DNA of 47,363 nt from Candidatus Woesearchaeota archaeon (lineage in GTDB: Archaea > Nanobdellota > Nanobdellia > UBA10117 > JABICX01): assembly GCA_964435825.1 (NCBI GenBank), contig CAYTAB010000001.1:1-47363 (forward strand). Direction: 5' to 3'. The stretch's first letter is position 1; every line of letters starts with the position of its first letter. This document shows, piece by piece, positions 38,212 through 47,217 of this stretch. Both the position numbers and the translations under genes were made by a program. Below the pieces are notes generated by a model. It was given only the letters and a program-made list of their open reading frames with translations. It was not told the origin of the DNA and ran no database searches.

Positions 38212-38238
38212 TGTTCACCAAAAGAAACTTATCTTAAA

Positions 38239-38259
38239 TGAAGCTTTTCTAAAGCTTCA
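38239..38259. promoter_or_regulatory. Perfect 9-3-9 palindrome in the por/acd divergent spacer
   Basis: The sequence is tgaagcttt-tct-aaagcttca. It shares the core CTTT-N3-AAAG with the palindrome 47 bp away. Confidence 0.5.
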
Positions 38260-38365
38260 GCAAAAATGAGATCTATCAATAACTGTTGAATAATTATGTT
38301 CTTGTCAGAGTTTAAATGTTATGAAAACCATAACTTTAATATATATATTTGAGAATATATTTAAC

Positions 38366-38968
38366 ATGAGAATTCTTTTAAACCAACAGGCGTTTGATCT
38401 TTTTAATAAATATAACATTAAGTGCCTTGATTACAAAGCAATAAATAGCACTGCAGATTTGAAGAAAATTAAATTTCCAATTGTAATGAAAATTTCTTCA
38501 TCTAAAATTGTTCATAAAACTGAGATGAAAGCAGTTAGAGTTACAACTTCGTTTGCAGAAGGAGTTAAAAATTTCAATCAAATGCGTAAATATGGACATG
38601 TTGTTTATCAGCCTTTTTTTTCAGGAAGAGAATTAATCATTGGTGTTGTTAATGATAGAACTTTTGGACAGGTGCTTATGTTTGGTTTAGGAGGGATTTT
38701 TACTGAAGTTCTTAAAGATGTTAGTTTTAGAGCATGCCCAATTACTAAAAGAGATGCATTTGAGATGATGAAAGAAATAAAAGGAAGCATGATTTTAAAT
38801 GAATTTAGAGGCCATAAAGCAATAAATAAAGATGATCTTGCAGAAGTTTTAGTTAAATTAAGCAAGCTTGCAGTTAAAGAAAATGTTCATGAATTAGATA
38901 TAAATCCCTATATGGTTTCTGAAAAAACGGGATTAGTAGTTGATGCAAGGATTGTACTTGAAAATTAA
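38366..38968 (+). CDS. acdB: Acetyl-CoA synthetase (ADP-forming) beta subunit (ATP-grasp)
   Basis: ELIIGVVNDRTFGQVLMFGLGGIFTEVLKDVSFRACPITKRDAFEMMKEIKG...ELDINP closely parallels Pyrococcus ACD beta. The ATG at 38366 (MRILLNQQAFDLF) is preferred over the track start. Confidence 0.85.
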   Translation: MRILLNQQAFDLFNKYNIKCLDYKAINSTADLKKIKFPIVMKISSSKIVHKTEMKAVRVTTSFAEGVKNFNQMRKYGHVVYQPFFSGRELIIGVVNDRTFGQVLMFGLGGIFTEVLKDVSFRACPITKRDAFEMMKEIKGSMILNEFRGHKAINKDDLAEVLVKLSKLAVKENVHELDINPYMVSEKTGLVVDARIVLEN

Positions 38969-38969
38969 A

Positions 38970-39260
38970 ATGGAAAAAAAGTTAATTATTAGGTTTCTTG
39001 AAGCAATAAAAGTTTGTTCATATATTCGCAATTCTCCAAATGCAAAATTAATTAAATTAAATAATAAGTTCGCCATGATTTATTTTTCAGAAGTTGTTTT
39101 TATTTTATTGATGCTTATAGTTCTTTATTATCTTTTTAATATTTGGGTAGCATTAATTGTTTTAGGTTTAACAATACTTATAGTTAATCCAGTTGTTTCA
39201 GAAATAAAATATCAGCTTAAAACTGAAACAAAGAAAAGAAATATTAAACTAAAAAAATAA
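38970..39260 (+). CDS. Small two-TM membrane protein coupled to acdB
   Basis: A TAAAATGG junction joins it to acdB. The hydrophobic stretch is FSEVVFILLMLIVLYYLFNIWVALIVLGLTILIV and the C-terminus is basic. Confidence 0.5.
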   Translation: MEKKLIIRFLEAIKVCSYIRNSPNAKLIKLNNKFAMIYFSEVVFILLMLIVLYYLFNIWVALIVLGLTILIVNPVVSEIKYQLKTETKKRNIKLKK

Positions 39261-39261
39261 G

Positions 39262-40626
39262 CTAGTCTTTGTGAACTGCATTAATGATTTTTGCTATTGC
39301 TCTTACAGCTTGTTCTGGTGTTTCATAAACAGGAATTCCTGCTTCAAGCATAATGTTTGCTAATTTTCTTGCATAACCTGAACCTGCAGAAACAACAAAA
39401 ATTGGTTCTTTTGGATATTTTCTATTAAGACGTATGACTTCATTAACTGCTTTTTCACCAAGATTCGGAACCTGTAGCAGAGCAATTAATAAAATCAAAT
39501 CATATTCTGGATCTTTTAAAACAACTTCCATTGCTTTTGAAAGTCTTTCAGCTGTAACATCTCCATTTAAATCAAGAGGATTTGATATCACGCAGTAATC
39601 TGGAAATTTCATTAAATCTAGATGTTTTTTTGTGTTATGTGGTAGTTCAGGCATTTTTATTCCAGAGAGATCTGCTGCATCTGTTGCAAGAACTCCAAAA
39701 CCACCACCATCAGTTACAACCAGCATTTTTTTACCTTTTGGAATTGGTTGTGAATATGCTTTTGCAATGTCAAACATTTCTTGCCAGTCTCTTGCCTGGA
39801 CAACACCTGCTTGTTTAAAAATTCCTTCATAAATTTCTCCAGAACCTGCCATTGATCCAGTGTGCGAAGATACTGCTTTAATTGTTCTTTCTGTAACTCC
39901 GCCTTTTAGAATTACAATTGGTTTTTTGCTTTTTTTGCATATTTTAATAAATCTTTTTCCTTCTCTGACTCCTTCAATATAACATACAATAACTTTTGTT
40001 TCCTTGTCTTTTGATAAATATTCAATTAAATCTGATTCATTAATATCTGCAGCATTTCCATATGAAATAAATTTACAAATTCCAAGTCCTTGGTCAGTTA
40101 AATAATCAAGTAAGATTGAACCCACTGCTCCTGATTGAGATATCATGCTTATACCTCCGTGTTTTGGACGGGTTAATTTATCTCTAGGTAAAAAGATTGA
40201 ATCTGCAAATGTTTTTGAATCATAAGTTCCTACGCAGTTTGGTCCAATTAATCTTGTTTTAGTTCCTTTTATTATTTGTTTAAGTTCTGTTTCAAGGTCA
40301 TTTCTTCCAACTTCTGAAAAACCTCCTGCGAGAATTGTTACTGTTTTAATCTTTTTTTTAACACATTCCCTTAACACATTAGCACAAAATTTTGCTGGAA
40401 CTGCAATAACTGCATGGTCTATTTTATTTGGAATGTCAATGACTGAAGAATAGCATTTGTCTGAACCAATTTTTTTATATTTGGGATTGACAGGATAGAC
40501 TTTTCCTTTAAATTGTTTTAATTTAAAGTTAGAGAAAACAACTGTTCCAATATTCATTTTTTTAGAAGCACCAATCACTGCAACAGTTTTTGGTTTAAAA
40601 TAATAATCCATGTTTTCAATTGACAT
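39262..40626 (-). CDS. acdA: Acetyl-CoA synthetase (ADP-forming) alpha subunit (CoA-binding + ligase-CoA domains)
   Basis: KPKTVAVIGAS...KVYPVNPKY...AVIAVPA, SQSGAVGS, and the phospho-His loop SSHTGSMAGS. Confidence 0.85.
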   Translation of the reverse strand: MSIENMDYYFKPKTVAVIGASKKMNIGTVVFSNFKLKQFKGKVYPVNPKYKKIGSDKCYSSVIDIPNKIDHAVIAVPAKFCANVLRECVKKKIKTVTILAGGFSEVGRNDLETELKQIIKGTKTRLIGPNCVGTYDSKTFADSIFLPRDKLTRPKHGGISMISQSGAVGSILLDYLTDQGLGICKFISYGNAADINESDLIEYLSKDKETKVIVCYIEGVREGKRFIKICKKSKKPIVILKGGVTERTIKAVSSHTGSMAGSGEIYEGIFKQAGVVQARDWQEMFDIAKAYSQPIPKGKKMLVVTDGGGFGVLATDAADLSGIKMPELPHNTKKHLDLMKFPDYCVISNPLDLNGDVTAERLSKAMEVVLKDPEYDLILLIALLQVPNLGEKAVNEVIRLNRKYPKEPIFVVSAGSGYARKLANIMLEAGIPVYETPEQAVRAIAKIINAVHKD

Positions 40627-40657
40627 AATTATAAAGTATATACTGAATTATATAAAT

Positions 40658-41551
40658 TTAACTTATTAGTTTGTAAAATTCTTCAAAAACTAAATTAAAT
40701 ATTTTCCTGCGGTAAGATGGCGCCCATGAAAAATGATTAATTGCATATTCAATAATTTCTGTGAAATTTCCTGCGATTTCAAAAATTGAAGACTCATAAT
40801 AATTTCTAATATGCTGTATAAATTTTTTAGCAGGTATGCTTCCTTTTTTAGCAAGCAGTGTAAATGGAATAACAACAGACATTAAATTTGTTTCATATAT
40901 AAATGCTTTTTTAAGTGTTTCAATATCTTTTTTTGCTTTAATCTTTCCAATTGAATCAAAGAAAAAAGGAGTTGTTTTCTTTTTATATAAGTTTGAGTAA
41001 TCTTCTAAAATAAAACTGCCTTCTCCTTTTCTTACAATTTCAAGATTATCATATATTTCTTTAAGCATATAGCTGCAAGCTTCAAAAACTTCAAAAAAAG
41101 CATCTTCTACTTCTTTTTTTGGATAATCTAGAGTGATAACTTTTGATGCGATTTTTCTGATTTCTTTTTTACCATCTCTTTCAATTTTTGTATCAAGCCC
41201 ATGTCTTCTTTGCTTAAGATGCATTAGTTCGTGCATTAGCAATCCTGAAAGTGCTTTTCTGTTTGTTTTTAGATATTGTTCTTCTTTTGAAGTCACACTA
41301 ATAATTATTATATCAAAATGTTTGTAAGTAATTGAAAGAGAAGTTGGATCTGAGCTATACACAGATTTAATTTTTTTTCTTGCCTCAACAGGAATATATT
41401 TTATTATTTTTTCAAAATTTGAGGCATTGTCTAAAAACACAATATATTCTACAGAACCAGGCATCTCATCTTTAAGGTAAATTTCCAATAAAGCAGAACG
41501 AACAAAATCTTCATTAAATTCTCCTTCAATAATTATCTGAGGATTCTTCAT
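40658..41551 (-). CDS. Hypothetical HExxH protein (putative zinc metallopeptidase of unassigned family)
   Basis: The only motif is LLMHELMHLKQRRHG. The ATG at 41551 is preferred. The TTG at 41593 in the track would leave almost no divergent promoter space. Confidence 0.5.
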   Translation of the reverse strand: MKNPQIIIEGEFNEDFVRSALLEIYLKDEMPGSVEYIVFLDNASNFEKIIKYIPVEARKKIKSVYSSDPTSLSITYKHFDIIIISVTSKEEQYLKTNRKALSGLLMHELMHLKQRRHGLDTKIERDGKKEIRKIASKVITLDYPKKEVEDAFFEVFEACSYMLKEIYDNLEIVRKGEGSFILEDYSNLYKKKTTPFFFDSIGKIKAKKDIETLKKAFIYETNLMSVVIPFTLLAKKGSIPAKKFIQHIRNYYESSIFEIAGNFTEIIEYAINHFSWAPSYRRKIFNLVFEEFYKLIS

Positions 41552-41627
41552 AATAAAACTTATATGCTGAAGTATATAATCTTTTTTGTTCAATAAATTT
41601 ATATTCTTGAGAATATACTTTAAGTTA

Positions 41628-42911
41628 ATGCCAAGATTACAAAGAGCATTAGGAATTTTTCAACTTACTCTTGCGGGAGTGGGTATGCTTGTTGGTGCAG
41701 GAATTTATGTTTTGATTGGCAGTGTTGCAGGTGTTTCAGGAAATGCTTTATGGATCTCTTTTTTAATTGCAGCTTTTTTGTCACTTTTAACTGCTTTAAG
41801 TTATGCAGAATTAAGTTCAATTTATTCTCGGAGCGGTGCTGAATTTGATTATGTTCGGAACAATTTAGGTAAGGCTCTGGGATTTGTTGTTTTGATGTTT
41901 ATGTTTTTTGCAGGTATTGTTTCTATTGCTACAGTTTCTCTTGGGTTTGCGAGTTATTTGTCTGCTTTTTTTAACATTCATATTCCATTTTTTTTATTTT
42001 CAATTTTTGCAGTAGCACTTTTTTCTTTGATATCAATTAAAGGAATTAAAGAAAGTTCATGGACAAACATTATTTTAACAATTATTGAGGTATCTGGATT
42101 ATTGTTTGTGATTTTTATTGGCATTCCTTTTTTTGGTAAAGTGAATTATCTCCAGCTTCCTCCAAATGCTAATTTATTTGCAGTGTTTTCTGGAGCAGCT
42201 ATAATCTTTTTTGCGTTTCAGGGAATTGGAGGTTTAGTGAAATTTGCAGATGAAGCAAAAAATCCGAAAAAAACTATTCCATTGGCTATTGTTTTAACAA
42301 TTGTGATTTCAGCGATTCTTTATTTATTAGTTGCTCTTTCAGCAGTTTCAGTTGCAGGTTGGCAGGTATTATCTACTAGTAAGGCGCCATTATCAGAAAT
42401 TGCTAATGTTGTTTTAGGAAGCAAAGCTTTTTTTATTTTTAGTATTATTGCATTGCTTTCCACTGCAAACACTATTTTACTTAATCTTGTTGCAAATTCT
42501 AATTTGCTTTACGATATTTCACTAAATTCTAAAAAATTAAGTTTCTTTTCAAAAGTACATAAATCTTTTAGAACTCCAATAAGAGCAATAATTTTTGTTG
42601 CAGTAGCAGCATTTTTATTTACTTTGTTTGGAAGCCTGTCTTTTGTTGCTGAGCTTGCAAATTTTTCATTGTTCATTATTTATTTTTTAGTTAATTCTTC
42701 ATTAATTTATTATAGAGTAAAAAGAAAACCTCGCGCAGGATTTAGGATACCATTTAATGTTAAAAATGTTCCATTAACTGCAGTATTAGGATGCATTACA
42801 TCTGCAGTTATGATGTTTAGTTTGCAGAAAGAAGTTCTTTCACTTGGAATGATCTTTATTGCAATTGTATATGCTTTATACATTTCTATTTTTAAAGAAA
42901 AGAAAAATTAG
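41628..42911 (+). CDS. APC-superfamily amino-acid permease
   Basis: LGIFQLTLAGVGMLVGAGIYVLIG. The profile is roughly 12 TM helices. The ATG at 41628 is preferred over the TTG at 41586. Confidence 0.8.
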   Translation: MPRLQRALGIFQLTLAGVGMLVGAGIYVLIGSVAGVSGNALWISFLIAAFLSLLTALSYAELSSIYSRSGAEFDYVRNNLGKALGFVVLMFMFFAGIVSIATVSLGFASYLSAFFNIHIPFFLFSIFAVALFSLISIKGIKESSWTNIILTIIEVSGLLFVIFIGIPFFGKVNYLQLPPNANLFAVFSGAAIIFFAFQGIGGLVKFADEAKNPKKTIPLAIVLTIVISAILYLLVALSAVSVAGWQVLSTSKAPLSEIANVVLGSKAFFIFSIIALLSTANTILLNLVANSNLLYDISLNSKKLSFFSKVHKSFRTPIRAIIFVAVAAFLFTLFGSLSFVAELANFSLFIIYFLVNSSLIYYRVKRKPRAGFRIPFNVKNVPLTAVLGCITSAVMMFSLQKEVLSLGMIFIAIVYALYISIFKEKKN

Positions 42912-44383
42912 ATATTATAAATTTCAGAGTATTTTTTATTTAGATAATCAATATACTCTTTTATATTTAGTTTCTGACCACAGCTTTCTTTTATAATTTC
43001 TTCAGCAACTTTTGTTCTTCCTTTTGAATGAATGTTTTTTCTTAACCATTCTAATATTTTTTTAAAATCATGTTTTTCTATTAATAAATCTAAATTTTTG
43101 ATTTCTTTTTTTATTTGATTAAATAATTGCACTGCATAAATAGAACCAATTGCATATGTTGGAAAGTAACCAAAAGAACCCATTGACCAGTGTATATCTT
43201 GCAAAATTCCCTGACTATCTTTTTTTACATCAATTCCAAACAACTGCTTGAATTTTTTATTCCATTCTTTTGAAGCATCAGCTACTGATAATTTATTGTT
43301 GATTAAGTCTCTTTCAATTTCAAATCTTAGAATAATATGAAGACAATATGTGATTTCATCTGCTTCTACACGTATATAACTTGGTTTAACTTGATTTAAC
43401 ATATGAAAAAAATCATTAAACTTTGGTTTTGGGTCAATGAATTTTTTATATGAATTATAATACTTTATCCAAAATCTTTTGTTTCGCCCAATCATATTCT
43501 CCCAAAATCTTGACTGAGATTCGTGCAGACCAATTGACGGAGCATCTCTAACAACTGTATATTCATATTCCTTTGGCATTCCCAATTCATAAAGTGCATG
43601 TCCAGATTCATGAATTGCAGCTAAAAGAGATTCAAATGCATTGTTGTATCTTGTTGTAAACCGAACATCATTTTTACTTATTCTGATTGTAAATGGATGT
43701 GTTGAGGTTGTAAAATATGAGCTATCTTTTTGCAAACCCATTTGTTTTATAATTTCTCTAACAATTTTGTCTTGATTTTCTTTGCTGATTTTTATATTTC
43801 TCTTTTTTTGATTTTTATATTTTGGAGAGGATTTTATTTTGTTTAGTAGTTTAACTAATTCTGGTTTTAATTCTGAAAATGCTTTTGTTAGTTTATCAGC
43901 AGTCATTCCTTCTTCATATTCATTAAGCAATGCATCATAGAGGTCAACATTAGGGTTTAAGCATTTTGCTTTTTTCTGAAGCAAGTTTACAATTTTTTTT
44001 AAATAAGGTTCAAAAATTTTAAAATCATTTTTTTCGCGCGCTTTTTTCCATGCAAAAGTTGAAGCAGTGGTTGTTCGAGTAAGTTCTTCAGCAAGTTCTT
44101 TTGGAATTTTTCTAATTTTCTCCACATCTTTTTTAAATTCCCGTATTACAATTTTATCTTTTAATTTTAGTTTTTGTTTTTCTGCATTTTTTATTGAAAA
44201 ATACAACTTATTATCTCTCATTTTTTTATGAATAAGCTGTTCAATAATAACTTCCTGTTCTGCCCTCTCAGAAATAGCTTGCTCAGGCAATTGCGTTTCT
44301 TCATCCCAAGATAATAAAGCAGCGATTTCACTAAGTAAGCATATCTCTTTTTGAATAGAATATATGTAGTTAATATCTTTCAT
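42908..44383 (-). CDS. Carboxypeptidase Taq-type (M32) metallopeptidase
   Basis: HESGHALYE (HExxH), HESQSRFWEN, IRVEADEITY and DIHWSMGSFGYFPTY. Confidence 0.9.
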   Translation of the reverse strand: MKDINYIYSIQKEICLLSEIAALLSWDEETQLPEQAISERAEQEVIIEQLIHKKMRDNKLYFSIKNAEKQKLKLKDKIVIREFKKDVEKIRKIPKELAEELTRTTTASTFAWKKAREKNDFKIFEPYLKKIVNLLQKKAKCLNPNVDLYDALLNEYEEGMTADKLTKAFSELKPELVKLLNKIKSSPKYKNQKKRNIKISKENQDKIVREIIKQMGLQKDSSYFTTSTHPFTIRISKNDVRFTTRYNNAFESLLAAIHESGHALYELGMPKEYEYTVVRDAPSIGLHESQSRFWENMIGRNKRFWIKYYNSYKKFIDPKPKFNDFFHMLNQVKPSYIRVEADEITYCLHIILRFEIERDLINNKLSVADASKEWNKKFKQLFGIDVKKDSQGILQDIHWSMGSFGYFPTYAIGSIYAVQLFNQIKKEIKNLDLLIEKHDFKKILEWLRKNIHSKGRTKVAEEIIKESCGQKLNIKEYIDYLNKKYSEIYNI

Positions 44384-44485
44384 ATTTTAATTAGTTATCT
44401 TTATTATAAAATGTTTATTAAAACATTAGAGCTTTTTAACAGCTTAAAAAAGTTTATATTGTAGTTTTATTTACTAGAGTATATA

Positions 44486-45649
44486 ATGGTTGAGATTTCT
44501 GAAAGACAGGAAGACATGCCAGATCTTGCTATTGGCAAGCTTCTCAAAATTGCTGTGGAAGATAAGAGCGTTATTTCTCTCGGTCCTGGAGAACCAGATT
44601 TTCCTGCACATCCTCAAATTGTTGAATTTACAAAAAAGTTTGCAGGTGTTGCAAGTCATTATTCACCTGTTACTGGAAGAGCTGAATTAAAAGAACAGAT
44701 TGTAAAAAAAGTAAGAAAACTGAATAAAATACATACAACAACGCGTAATGTTTTTGTAAGTTGTGGCAGTCAAGAAGCTATGACTCTTGCTACAGCATGC
44801 ACTATGGATGTTAATGACCAAGCAATTGTTCCTAACCCAAGTTTTATGGCATATATACCTATGTTTGAAATGTTTTCAACTACTCCTTATCTTCTTCCTG
44901 TAAGTCCTGAGAATAATTTTGAGTTTGATATTGACCAACTGCAAAAATCAATTACAAATAAAACAAAAGTTATTATGATAAACACTCCTGCAAATCCTAC
45001 TGGTGCAGTATGGAGAAAATCAACATTAAAAGCAATTGCAGATATAGCAGTTGATAAAAATCTTCTTGTGTTTAGTGATGAAGCATATGAAGATATTATT
45101 TATGATAGAGAAAAACACATTTCCTTTGCTTCAATAAAAGGTGCAGAGAATAATGCAGTATCTTTTTTTTCATTTTCAAAATCCTATGCAATGTGCGGAT
45201 ATAGAATTGGATATGCAATTGGACCTGAAAAACTTATCAAGGAAATGGGTGAGGCACATATTTATTCTACAATTTGCGCTCCAACATTATCACAAATGGT
45301 TGCAACAGAAGCTCTGAAAATGGACCGAACATATATTAAGTATATGGTTAATGAGTATAACCGGCGCAGAAAAATGCTTTATAGGAGGCTTGTTGAACTG
45401 GGTTTTAAGGTGAATAAACCAAAGGGAGCTTTTTATGCTTTTCCAAGCATTAAAAAATTTTCAAATGATTCCAAGCAGTTTGCAAAGGACCTGCTTTTAA
45501 AAGCAAAAGTTGCTGTAATTCCTGGAGTTGATTTTGGACCTAATGGCGAGGGATTTGTAAGAATGAGCTATGCAACAGATTATGATCTGATTGAAGAAGC
45601 AATGAACCGGGTTAGTAAATTCTTAAAAAAGTATTATCGCAATTACTAA
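44486..45649 (+). CDS. Class I pyridoxal-phosphate-dependent aminotransferase (aspartate/aromatic type)
   Basis: NTPANPTG, and FSFSKSYAMCGYRIGY containing the PLP lysine. 387 aa. Confidence 0.85.
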   Translation: MVEISERQEDMPDLAIGKLLKIAVEDKSVISLGPGEPDFPAHPQIVEFTKKFAGVASHYSPVTGRAELKEQIVKKVRKLNKIHTTTRNVFVSCGSQEAMTLATACTMDVNDQAIVPNPSFMAYIPMFEMFSTTPYLLPVSPENNFEFDIDQLQKSITNKTKVIMINTPANPTGAVWRKSTLKAIADIAVDKNLLVFSDEAYEDIIYDREKHISFASIKGAENNAVSFFSFSKSYAMCGYRIGYAIGPEKLIKEMGEAHIYSTICAPTLSQMVATEALKMDRTYIKYMVNEYNRRRKMLYRRLVELGFKVNKPKGAFYAFPSIKKFSNDSKQFAKDLLLKAKVAVIPGVDFGPNGEGFVRMSYATDYDLIEEAMNRVSKFLKKYYRNY

Positions 45650-45671
45650 ATATTATAAACAAGAATAGTTT

Positions 45672-46982
45672 TTATCTTACTAATTTTTTAATTTCTGATT
45701 CAATTTTTCTTCCAAGTTCATTAAATTCATAATTAATTTTGAATGCAGGTTTATTGATTTTTACAAGTTTTGAAAGATTAATTGGTGTTCCAATTGCAAC
45801 ATAATCTGCTTTTGTTTTGTTTATTGTTGCTTCAAGTTCTTTAATTTGTTTTGGAGAATATCCCATTGCAGGTAAAATGCTTGTAATTTGAGGATATTTT
45901 TTAAAAATTGCTTTTAATGAACCAACTCCATAAGGTCTTGGATCAACTAATTTTGCTCCTTTTTGTTTAGCATAAATTGCTGCTGCACCATAAGCCATGC
46001 TTCCATGCGTTAATGTTGGTCCATCTTCAACTGCAAGAACTCTCTTTCCTTTTAATCCAGATTTAACTTCTGAAGTTATTACCAATTCAGCATCAATAAT
46101 TTTAGCTTGAGGATTTAAGAGTTTAATATTATTTCTAACCTCTTCTATATTCTTTTTTAAAGCAGTATTTTCTTTGCTAATAACTGCAATATCTGCAAGC
46201 ATCAAATTTGTTGTTCCTGGATAGTATTTTAATTCATGTCCTGGTCTGTGCGGGTCAACTAAAACAATATGCAGGTCTGATTTATAAAATGGAAAGTCAT
46301 TATTACCTCCATCCCATACAATAACTTCTGCTTCTTTTTCTGCATGTTTTAAGATTTCAGCATAATCAACTCCAGCATAAACAACTTCTCCTCTGTTAAT
46401 ATGTGGTTCATATTCTTCTCGTTCTTCAATTGTGCACTTATTTTTCTTTAAATCAGCATATGTTTCAAATCTCTGCCAAATTTGTTTTCGTAAATCACCA
46501 TAAGGCATTGGATGTCTAATTACAACAAATTTTTTATTTAATTTTCTAAGAATATCGCAAACATATCGTGTTGTAGCAGATTTTCCACATCCTGTTCTGA
46601 CTGCGCCGATTGAGATTATTTTTCTTTTTGATTTAAGCTGTGTTTGTTCAGGTCCTAAAAGAGAAAATTGTGCTCCACTAGCTAATACTAATGCAGCTCG
46701 TTCCATAACATATTGATTTGGAATATCAGAATAAGATAAAAAGACTTCATCAATTTTATATTTTTTAATTAATTTTTCAAGTTCCTTTTCTGGATAAATT
46801 GGAATTCCATTAGGATACAAACTTCCAGCTAATTCTTTTGGATATTTTCTTTTATCAATTCCTGAAATCTGAGTTGCTGTGAAGCAGATAACTTCATAGT
46901 TAGAATTTTTTCTGAAAAATACATTAAAATTGTGGAAATCGCGGCCAGCAGCTCCCATTATAATGACTTTTTTCTTGGCCAT
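45672..46982 (-). CDS. COG2403-type P-loop protein (family annotated as predicted GTPase / cyclic 2,3-diphosphoglycerate synthetase-like)
   Basis: The N-terminus is VIIMGAAGRDFHNFNVFFR and the Walker A motif is GAVRTGCGKSAT. The family assignment is from memory of the N-terminal signature only. Confidence 0.5.
   Translation of the reverse strand: MAKKKVIIMGAAGRDFHNFNVFFRKNSNYEVICFTATQISGIDKRKYPKELAGSLYPNGIPIYPEKELEKLIKKYKIDEVFLSYSDIPNQYVMERAALVLASGAQFSLLGPEQTQLKSKRKIISIGAVRTGCGKSATTRYVCDILRKLNKKFVVIRHPMPYGDLRKQIWQRFETYADLKKNKCTIEEREEYEPHINRGEVVYAGVDYAEILKHAEKEAEVIVWDGGNNDFPFYKSDLHIVLVDPHRPGHELKYYPGTTNLMLADIAVISKENTALKKNIEEVRNNIKLLNPQAKIIDAELVITSEVKSGLKGKRVLAVEDGPTLTHGSMAYGAAAIYAKQKGAKLVDPRPYGVGSLKAIFKKYPQITSILPAMGYSPKQIKELEATINKTKADYVAIGTPINLSKLVKINKPAFKINYEFNELGRKIESEIKKLVR
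46935..46957. repeat. GC-rich 23-mer, copy A (inside codons 9-16 of the COG2403-type gene)
   Basis: gaaatcgcggccagcagctccca is identical to 47038-47060. Confidence 0.9.
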
Positions 46983-47037
46983 AGAAAGTATATAATTAAA
47001 ACTATAATATAAATGTTTTTAATTAAATAATAAAAGT

Positions 47038-47060
47038 GAAATCGCGGCCAGCAGCTCCCA
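47038..47060. repeat. GC-rich 23-mer, copy B (intergenic, 103 nt upstream of copy A in gene orientation)
   Basis: gaaatcgcggccagcagctccca. The flanks are colinear with the copy A flanks but diverged: tggcca and taatataaat blocks recur at offsets of 101-103 nt. Confidence 0.9.
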
Positions 47061-47217
47061 GGATGATTGCTCATTTCTGGCCACATAAAGTTTAATATAA
47101 TAGTTTAATATAAATATTGTTTAGAACTTTTGAAAAGTAATTTTTTGTTGTTTTAATTAAAAGTTCTAATTAATTTATCTTATAAATCTTTAAATATTTT
47201 GATCATTAAAATGAAAT

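Noticed and set aside
44474-44690. ORFs 44474-44659 (minus) and 44490-44690 (plus) at the start of the aminotransferase gene
   Set aside because: They overlap the aminotransferase 5' end in other frames, and the aminotransferase frame is the one that continues into PLP-enzyme motifs.
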